From an uncultured Chromatiales bacterium (GTDB taxonomy: Bacteria > Pseudomonadota > Gammaproteobacteria > RBG-16-57-12), in the NCBI GenBank assembly GCA_964557295.1, contig CAZKZP010000001.1, positions 43,798-93,545 of the forward strand: a stretch of DNA of 49,748 bases, written 5' to 3'. Shown in pieces: positions 32,252-41,700 of the stretch; position 1 is the first letter of the stretch; every line of letters starts with the position of its first letter. Both the position numbers and the translations under genes were made by a program. Below the pieces are notes generated by a model that did no database searches, was not told the origin of the DNA, and saw only the letters and a program-made list of their open reading frames with translations.

Positions 32252-32881
32252 ATGGAGAAAAATATGGCGCGGTTGCAAAACTTTAGAATGCGCACACTCA
32301 GTGCGCTTGTTCATGTCGTCGGTTGTTCGTTGTTTCTGCTGAACATCCCGATAGTGAACGCCGCGCCATCGGGTGGGGCCGTGGTGGGTGGCGCTGGGTC
32401 GATCGGTCAATCGGGGGCAACGACTACGATCAATCAGTCCAGCCAACACATGGCGATCGATTGGCAGAGTTACAACGTCGGCCGTGATGAGCGCGTTCAG
32501 TACATCCAACCCAATGCATCCTCCATTTCACTTAATCGCATCCTCAGCAATCAAGGTTCCACCATCGCCGGCCGCATCGATGCTAACGGCCAGGTGATCC
32601 TGGTCAATCCGAATGGCGTTTTCTTCACGCCCACATCTGTTCTGAACGTGGGCGGGCTTATTGCTTCCGGATTGGATATCCGCCCCGATGACTTCCTGAA
32701 CGGCCATTATATCTTCAGTGAAATGCTGGGCGCTGATGGGGCTGTGGTGAACAGCGGTCTCATCAATGCCTCACTCGGGGGTAATGTGGCGCTCATCGGT
32801 CGTCATGTTGAAAACAACGGCGTGATCGCTGCACATCTTGGCAGCGTGAATCTCGCGGCAAGTCGCGAACCCCTCGTGTAA
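32252..32881 (+). pseudogene. Truncated copy of the filamentous haemagglutinin-family gene (signal peptide plus TPS domain only)
   Basis: Near-identical to the first ~203 codons of 35703..42731 (IDWQSYNV, LVNPNG). Similarity stops at about 32859, 6 codons before TAA. Confidence 0.75.
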
Positions 32882-32905
32882 CCAAAACACAATCAAGGAT
32901 CGATC

Positions 32906-33928
32906 ATGCACAGAGAGCTCAAACCCATGCGCAGTGTGCGCGAGGAAGAATTGGGATATATCCAGATGCCATTCTTTGCGCGGATGGAGGTGGAGAGCGC
33001 AAGACGCGGGGGCATGGCGTGGATCATTGGCCTGAATGACTGGTGGCTGCATTGTGTCCATGATCAAGGGCCGAGAAATTGGGATTTCGAGCAACGCGCC
33101 TGGGACCAACTACTCGCACTGGTCGATCAAGGCGAGCTGGTGCTGCTGGACCGCGACACCACTTCCCGGATGCGTCGCCCCGCCTGTCGGCAAGTGGAAG
33201 GAAAGTGGGTGCTTGATGATGGCCTATACTGGCACTCGCACTTCAGGTGGCATCTGGAAGGACGCCTGCAACGATTAGAAGTCGAGCGCATCGATCGCGA
33301 ACGCTGGGCGCAACAACGGGCCGCCACTGCAAGTGGTCCCGAGGGGCTGCCCACCGAATTGGCCGTGATCAAGCCCGCGACGCTGGGGCCGCATGTGGGG
33401 CGCGAGAATCCCGCGTGCGTCATGCCGCAGAAGAAGGTGCCGTGCTTCGAACTCAATGGACTTCCGCACGAGTGCATCCCTGAGTTCGACCGCCAGATCT
33501 CGGGTCAGCAAACCGGCCTCAATGATTTGACTGTGGAGGAATATCTTAATGGGCGCGAGGCGTTTAAGGCGGGGGAGGTAAAACGCAGTTCGAAGGCGGC
33601 GAGGGATGCGCGGGAGAATTACCGCGGCAAACTTACCAAGGAAATGGTTGATGAATTTGTTGAGCAAGGACTGCCACGTAGCACTGCCAAGATCAAGGCC
33701 GCCGAAATAGCTGCTGAAAAGATGAAAACTCTTGCCGCACTGCACAATCCTGACATGGTCGCCGCCGGAAAGGATGAAATCTGTGACTTCGGCGACCGCA
33801 ACATCAATTCGCGCCTCGGTGCGCAATGGAAGAGCCGTGTTGGCGAGCTAGACAAAGCGGCGAGCAATGTGCCTGAATCTGCACGCGCCCAGACCAAAAT
33901 GAATGCACAACTCGAACGATGCAGGTGA
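32906..33928 (+). CDS. Polymorphic toxin 2: same N-terminal domain plus Ntox15 (Tde-like DNase) tip
   Basis: EFDRQISGQQTGLNDLTVEEYL, LAALHNPDMVAAG (HxxD), GDRNINSRLGAQW. Confidence 0.87.
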   Translation: MHRELKPMRSVREEELGYIQMPFFARMEVESARRGGMAWIIGLNDWWLHCVHDQGPRNWDFEQRAWDQLLALVDQGELVLLDRDTTSRMRRPACRQVEGKWVLDDGLYWHSHFRWHLEGRLQRLEVERIDRERWAQQRAATASGPEGLPTELAVIKPATLGPHVGRENPACVMPQKKVPCFELNGLPHECIPEFDRQISGQQTGLNDLTVEEYLNGREAFKAGEVKRSSKAARDARENYRGKLTKEMVDEFVEQGLPRSTAKIKAAEIAAEKMKTLAALHNPDMVAAGKDEICDFGDRNINSRLGAQWKSRVGELDKAASNVPESARAQTKMNAQLERCR

Positions 33929-33931
33929 GAA

Positions 33932-34570
33932 ATGACAATGGATGAAAACTTTGCAGGTTTCCTAGAAGACTTCGGCCCGGCGATTGACAAACGTTCCGTG
34001 CCGCCCTCGATCATAGAACACTATCGGGGAAAATTGCCCGATCAATTGCTTTTCTATTGGGAGGAGTATGGCTGGTGCGGGTATGCCGATGGTCTCTTTT
34101 GGACAGTCAATCCGCAGGAGTACGAACCAGTGTTGGAGGCGTGGATCGGTGAAACGTCGTTTATGGAGGAAGATGCCTACTACGTTATCGCAAGAAGCGC
34201 GTTTGGTGATGTCTACTTGTTTGGAGGGCAATCAGGTAGAAAACTGCATATCATAGCTCCAGATGCTCGCATGATGCCGCCACGTAAACCGAAAACTACT
34301 GATTTGAATCTCAGTATTCGGGCATTCTTCGGATCACAGAGCCGCGAAGCGTGTGATTTTTCTGATATAAACGGATCACCCCTCTTCACCCCCGCCCTAA
34401 ACACCCTCGGCCGCCTCAAGCACGACGAGATGTACGGCTTCGTGCCCGCGCTGGCGCTGGGTGGTCCGGCGACCTTGAAGCATCTGCACAAGGTCAAGGC
34501 GGTGGAGCACCTTGTGCTGCTGGCGCAGTTGTCGCCGCTGCGGGTGATGACTTCTCCACCTATAGAGTGA
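33932..34570 (+). CDS. GAD-like/DUF1851 (Tdi-type) immunity protein
   Basis: YRGKLPDQLLFYWEEYGW, GLFWTVNP, IARSAFGD, DEMYGFVPALALGG. Confidence 0.9.
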   Translation: MTMDENFAGFLEDFGPAIDKRSVPPSIIEHYRGKLPDQLLFYWEEYGWCGYADGLFWTVNPQEYEPVLEAWIGETSFMEEDAYYVIARSAFGDVYLFGGQSGRKLHIIAPDARMMPPRKPKTTDLNLSIRAFFGSQSREACDFSDINGSPLFTPALNTLGRLKHDEMYGFVPALALGGPATLKHLHKVKAVEHLVLLAQLSPLRVMTSPPIE

Positions 34571-34744
34571 GCATTCGGCGTGAAGTACATCACAGTTTTG
34601 CGGGTCTGTGACAAGGCGGATAGCAGACTGTCCGCGCACGTAAATATCGCTACTGTTTGTCGAGGTCTTGGGTAAAATAAGCCGAATCGAACGCAGGCAG
34701 CATTCAACAGAAATCACATCATCAACATCACAAGGATTCATAAT

Positions 34745-35566
34745 ATGAACATATCACGCTTCACCTCAATGTACGGCCGACGTGGCTGGACGGCATTTAT
34801 CTTTGTGTTATCGCTGAGTACGCTACAGGGCTGTGGCGGCGGGGGTGGAGATAATGTCACCAACGCCAACCCGAATGGGTATTACAGCAATGCCGGGAGT
34901 GCGGATGTGAAGGCGGCGGACAATATGAATCCACGCCCCATCACGGATTTGCAGGGCATGATCCACGATGGTCAGTTTGTGATGCTCAGCGAATCGGCGC
35001 AGTTGGCCTATCACGGCACGATCACGGTGAGAGGGAATACATTTACCGGCTCTGTCATCGTTTATGAAGACGGAACTGGCGATCCAGCGCCGGTACCGAT
35101 CAGTGGCACGATCAATGCGGATAAATCCATTGATGGCACATTGAGCGGGGCGGGTGCGGGGAATGGGACGTTCGCGTTGAAGTATTCGGACGAGAATGTT
35201 GTTGCGGTTGATAATGGAAATTTGTTTGTAAAAAGCCCGTGGTGGGAATATGTAAGGGATTATAACTTCTTCAAGCTGTCTATAGCTGATGTCATCAATC
35301 CACAAAGCACGAATTTCAGCAATCAATCGCAACCTTTAGGCTCTGTTTTTAACGAATGCAGGATTTCAGGCCGCATCGATCCCGTAGCCACGCATGTGTA
35401 TTCTGTCTCGGTGGTCATGAGCAATTGCACGAATTCTAGCGTGCTAGTTAACCCCAACTATAGTGGTTTGGCCACCTTGCGCACGGAAAATTCAATGACT
35501 CCCAATGACCGCTTTGTGATCAGTCTTTCCAATGGTGCGTATAGCATCAATGGGGAATTCAAATAG
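34745..35566 (+). CDS. Lipoprotein of unknown function, copy 2
   Basis: Lipobox LQGC then GGGGG. Paralog of 31289..32113. Confidence 0.78.
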   Translation: MNISRFTSMYGRRGWTAFIFVLSLSTLQGCGGGGGDNVTNANPNGYYSNAGSADVKAADNMNPRPITDLQGMIHDGQFVMLSESAQLAYHGTITVRGNTFTGSVIVYEDGTGDPAPVPISGTINADKSIDGTLSGAGAGNGTFALKYSDENVVAVDNGNLFVKSPWWEYVRDYNFFKLSIADVINPQSTNFSNQSQPLGSVFNECRISGRIDPVATHVYSVSVVMSNCTNSSVLVNPNYSGLATLRTENSMTPNDRFVISLSNGAYSINGEFK

Positions 35567-35702
35567 ATTCCACAGAAGCGAAGGGGTGGTGTAGCACTCC
35601 CCCACCCAAATCCTTCCGGTGGGAAAGGGCGCAGACGCTTGGTTCATTTTAATCCCGTGTGAATCATAGGATGGCCTGGCGAAGCAGGAACATCATTATC
35701 GA

Positions 35703-38700
35703 ATGGAGAAAAATATGGCGCGGTTGCAAAACTTCAGAATGCGCACAATCAGTGCGCTTGTTCATGTTGCCGGTTGTTCGTTGTTCCTGCTGAATATCCC
35801 GATAGTGCACGCCGCGCCATCGGGTGGCGCCGTGGTGGGGGGCGCTGGGTCGATCGATCAATCGGGGGTAACGACTACGATCAATCAGGCCAGCCAACAC
35901 ATGGCGATCGATTGGCAAAGCTACAATGTCAATGCGAATGAACGTGTGCACTACATCCAACCCAATGCATCATCCATTTCACTCAATCGTATTCTGAGCA
36001 ATCAGGGCTCCACCATCGCCGGTCGAATCGATGCTAACGGACAGGTGATCTTGGTCAATCCGAACGGCATCTTATTTACTCCCACTTCCGTCCTCAATGT
36101 CGGTGGCCTCATTGCTTCCGGGTTAGATATCCGCCCCGATGACTTTCTGAACGGTCATTACATCTTCAATGAGGTATTAGGAACTGATGGTGGTGTCGCT
36201 AACAGCGGGCTCATCACAGCCTCACTCGGTGGCAATGTTGCTTTGTTAGGTCGACATGTCGAAAACAACGGTGTCATTGTCGCCAACCTTGGCACGGTGA
36301 ATCTTGCGGCGGGCAAGGAAACAGTGTTGACCTTTGATAACGAAGGTTTGTTGGGTGTTCGTGTTACTAAAGAAATCCTGCAAAGTGAGCTGGGCGTTGA
36401 CCCCGCTGTGGCCAATAGTGGTCAGATTCAAGCGCATGGCGGACGGGTGCTGCTGACAGCCAGTGCCAGCCAGGATGTGTTCTCGCGTGCGGTTAATACT
36501 GATGGACTTCACGAGGCTACCAGCGTGGTGGTGCATGAGGATGGCAGTTTCACGTTGGGTGATGGGGCTGATGTTATCAACAGTGGCACCATCAATACGT
36601 CCGCTACATCGAGCAATTCAACAATTGGCCGAATTGTTTTGATCGGCGAAAACGTGACCAGCAGCGGCACTCTAAAGGCCGATGCCGTCAGTGGCAACGG
36701 AGGCGAGATCGAATTGCATGCAAAAGACACCACTTTACTCACAAACGATAGCATGACCTCTGCGCGCTCCGAATCCAATGGTAATGGCGGCACCATCAAG
36801 GTATTGGGTGATAAGGTTGGCTTGCTCGACCAAGCCAGCGTGGATGCGTCGGGCGCCACTGGCGGTGGTCAAGTGTTGATTGGTGGCGATCAAGAAGGGA
36901 AGAATCCATTGGTGCGAAACGCCAATTTCATCTATCTCGCCGAGCAAAGTCAGATCGATGCGGGTGCAATTGATTATGGCGAGGGTGGGAAGATCATCGC
37001 GTTTGCAGAAGATACCGCACGCATTTTCGGCAATCTCTCTGCGCGTGGCGGCAGGAATGGCGGTAACGGTGGATTCATCGAAACATCAGGGCTGAGGAAT
37101 TTTGAAATTACCTCGGTGCCCGATGTTTCTGCTATAGCAGGCAATGGAGGCACTTGGCTGATCGATCCCTATGATTTGACCATCTCTAATGTCGATGATG
37201 TGACAGGATGCGTGAATGTAAATTATTCGGCAAGCGGATGCCGTGGGGGTTCACCGCCCGTATATTTATCAAGTCCATTTTCTTCAACGGGCGCCGGCGC
37301 CGTATTGGACAGCGATTTGATTGTCAGGGCCTTAAGGAGCAGTAACGTCAAGATCGTTACTGGTGATGGGGCTGGAAGCGGTGATATTACACTCACTAGT
37401 AGCGCCGATATTGACTATAACGGTGTTGGCGCTGGGGACAGGACGTTAATCTTGGAGGCGGCGCGCAATATAGACTTTCAGTCTGGAAGTAGTGTTTATG
37501 ATGGCGAGTCATCATCGGTTGACAAACTCAACGTCGTGCTCCTGGCCGGTGCCGGTGGGGCGGTAACGCTGCAAGCTGGCGCCAGCATCACCACTCAAGG
37601 CGGTAATTTCTATGTCGGTTATGACGGCACCACTGTCAAACCCGTGACCAGTTTCACCAATAATGGCACGGTGAAGAGTGCGGGAGCGTTTGATCAAGCG
37701 GGCGGCGATGTACGCATCGAGGCCAGTGGCGCGGTCACGTCCACCAGCTTGGATGCCCATGGCGGAAGCACGGGCGATTCGGGGAATGGTGCGACTGACC
37801 GCGCCGGTAAGGCGGGCGGTGATGTCATGATCAACGCGGGCAGTGTCACTGTGAGCGGTTTGATCGATACGAGCGGCAGCGCAGGCACCTACGATGCGAA
37901 CAAGGATGGCAACAATGGGCAAGACGGCGGTAATGGCGGCTTGGTCGATATCACCACCTCCTCGGGTAACATCGCGGTTGGGGCAATCCAAACCACAGGG
38001 GGTGCGGCGGCGGGCGATTATACGGGAGGTACTGTTGATACGGGCAACGGCGGTGACGCCGGTAGCATCCGATTGACAGTGAGCGGTCCATCGACCATCA
38101 CGTTGCATGGTGATTTGACCGCCACCGGTGCGCTCGGCTATATCAGTGGCACCACTGGCAGCCATGGTTCGGGCGGCAGTATTGCTTTAGATGGCAACAC
38201 CGTACTGGCATCGTCAGTGACGCTGGATGCCTCGGGTGCAACGGATACCGTCGTTGCTATTCCGACATCGGGGGATGTTGCATTCAGTGGCGACCTCAAC
38301 GCCACCAGCGCAGGGGCTCAAAATATCGAGATCAAAGGCCGCGATGTGGCGTTACATGCGATTGGCAACAACAGACCGCTCGGGGCTCTGACTGTCAACG
38401 CCATCCGCAGTATCGCTCTATCGGGTAATGTCGCCACAAGCGGTGCTGTGAGTATGAATTTCGGAAGCGCAAGTGGTGGCACCTTTACTGTCGATCCGGA
38501 TTTGTCATTTACAACGGTGGGGGGAATGACCGTCACCGGCGGTGCGCATGACGATACCTTCAATGTCTACTCGCTCTTCACCGGCACCGTGAATGGCGGG
38601 GGCGGCACGGACACACTCACAGGTCCGGATGGTTCCTCGCATGACTGGTCCATCACCAGCGCAGGCGGCGGGACACTGGATACGCGTCTGACCTTTGCTG

Positions 38701-41700
38701 GGATGGAAAGTCTCACCGGCGGTGCGGGAGACGATACGTTTGCCTTTGCATTGGGCGGATCGATTTCGGGCACCGTTTCCGGGGGTGTTGGCAACAATCG
38801 ATTAATCGGGCGCGATGCCGGCAATACTTGGAACATTGCCGCTTCAAACACGGGCGTTGTGAGCGCGGGCAGTGGTAACTACGTGTCGTTCACTGGCATC
38901 CAAAATCTCACGGGCGGGAATGGCTCCGACACGTTCAATTTCACGCAACCGAGCAGCGCAATTACTGGCACGATCGACGGTGGCGTGGCGGGCGGCACGA
39001 ACAGCCTCTCGCTCGCGGGCCGCAACGGCACCCACACCTTCACGCTCAGCGGCGTGGGCGCGGGGGATGTGCGCGGCACGGGCGCGACCAGCGCGGATAT
39101 CGTCAATCAGTTCAGCAATATTCAAAGCCTGCTGGGCGGTTCGGGGGTGGACACGCTCATCGCCCCCGATGCCGCCGTGACCTGGACGATCGACGCCGCC
39201 AAGGGCGGTCGCATCGAGACTAACCTCGGCTTTGCTGCGATGGAACACCTCATCGGCGCCTTGACTCACGATGACACCTTCAACTTTAGCGTCGCCCCCG
39301 CGACCGCCAATGTGACCGTCGATGGCGGCGGCCAGGCCACCGTTGATACGGTGAGCTTCGCCGGTGTGGGTGGGGCCGTGAGTTTTACGCTCGGCACGGC
39401 GGGGTTCGCGAATATCGAGCACTTCGCTGGAAACACGACCGACAGCACGCTGATCGGTGAGGACAACGCCAACACCTGGGAAATCACCGCCGCAAAAGCC
39501 GGCAACGTGGGTGGCATCACCTTTACGGGCTTCACGACCTTGATGGGCGGCACGGCGAATGATGAGTACACCTTCCGCGTCACGCCCGCGGTCGCGGCCA
39601 TGACCATCGACGCGGGCACCGGCGTGGATCGCGTGGATTTATCGACTGTCACCGACCCCGTGTCGGTGCAACTCGGCGCGACGGGATTCTCGAACATCGA
39701 GTACCTCACGGGCAATGATGGCGCCATCAACACCCTCACCGGTGATAACACCGCCAACACCTGGACACTGACGGGCGCGCACGCCGGCACCGTCTCGGGC
39801 GTGAACTTTACCGGCTTCACCACGCTCATCGGCGCCTTGAATCAAAACGACACGTTTAATTTTATGGTGCACCCAGATGTGGCGGCCGTCACCCTCGACG
39901 GCCGCGGCCAGACAGGATCAGGAGTAGGCGATGCGGTGAGCTTTGCCGCCTTGACGGGGCAGGCGGTAAATGTGCAATTAGGGACGGCCAGCATCAGCAA
40001 TATTGAGCGATATACCGGCAATAATACGAACAGCACATTGACGGGCGGCGACGGCGCCAACACCTGGACGCTCACCGGAGTGAATGACGGCACGATCAAC
40101 AGCATTACCTTCGTCGACTTCAACCATCTCACCGGCGGCAACGGCATCGATAGCTTCACCATCAACGGCGGCGGGCTGACGGGGTTGCTGAACGGGGGCG
40201 GCGGTGGCGATACGCTGACGCTCCCCACTGCGGTGGCCACAACCGTCAAGGTCGTCAACACGCCGCCGGCGACGGTCGACAATCCGGCCAACACCGTGAC
40301 CGTGTACCAATTCGAAACGCTGACCGGCAATTCAAATCGCGCCCATACCCTGGTCGGGCCCGATAGCGGAACGACGTGGTCGATCAACGGAGTGAACAGC
40401 GGCAACATCAGCTTCGGCACGACCGTCTATTTCACCGGGTTTGCCAACCTTAGCGGCGGCGCGGCCGATGACATGTTCACTCTTACGAGCAGCAGCACAC
40501 CGGAGCTGGTCACCGGCATGTTATCCGGCGGTGGCCATGCCACCGGAGACAAGCTCACGCTGGCCGGCATGACCGGCGCGGCCGCCGGTGCCGCGGTGCG
40601 CTTGAGCACCCTTGCGACCGACGACGCGATCGACATCACGGAGGTCGAGCAGATCGCCGGCAACAACAACAGCACACTGCGCGCCGCCGACTCGGCGAAC
40701 ACCTGGATGATCAATGACGCCAACGACGGAACGATCACGTCTACCGCCGGAACCGTGTCATTCAGTGACATGCGCACCTTGCAAGGGGGGAGTGACGACG
40801 ATACCTTCCAAGTCAGCTTTAACGGTGCCATGACCGCCGCGATCGACGGCGGCGGCCAACGTAGTGCGGACATCGCCGATTACAGCGGCCAGCCGAGCGT
40901 GATGCTCAACGTCGGATCGAACGCCTTCAGCGGCATCACGGGCCTGGAAGGGGTGCGCGGCAATGGCACCAATAGCACACTCAAAGGACCGACGCCGTCG
41001 GCAGGGACGGCGGCAGTTACATGGACCGTGGATGGCCTGAATCGCGGCAAGGTCAGCTACGATGACAACACGCAAACCTTGGCGTTCGAGGGGTTCAACT
41101 ATTTGGCGGGCGGCAATGGCATGGATGCGTTTGTGATCAACGGCGGGGCGCTGGAGAATATCATGAATGGTGTGCCGGGGATGATCTCGGGTGGTGCCGG
41201 CACCAATTCGCTCTCTATCAACCTGGCTGGAACCGGCGTTTTCAGCGGCGGGATTAACTACATCGGCGGCACGGCCACCGATGCAATCACTGTCAACAAC
41301 CACAGCGCCCATCGCTATCTGGCGACCTACTCGCCAGCGGTCGATTTTACTGATCTGAACAATACCGCCAACGCTGGGCCATTCGAGCAACTGAGCTACC
41401 GGTATACCGATGCGGACGCGGGGATCGATCAGAAGTTTGAATTGAATTACCGCCATGCCGAGGCCGTCACTTCGGAACAACTGGTCGACACGCTGACCGT
41501 GCTGGGGGTGGACAATAACAGCGCCCCGGAGACGTTGACGTTGCGTGCAGGCGGGTTTGAAGTCGGCGGTAGCAGCCCGGTGACGTTTGCCAATGTATCG
41601 AACATCACGCTGGATGGCCGGGGCGGCGCGGATGCCATTGCGCTGGATAATCCCAGCGTGACGGGCACGCTGCGGCTCACCGCTGAGGCGGTCACCGATA

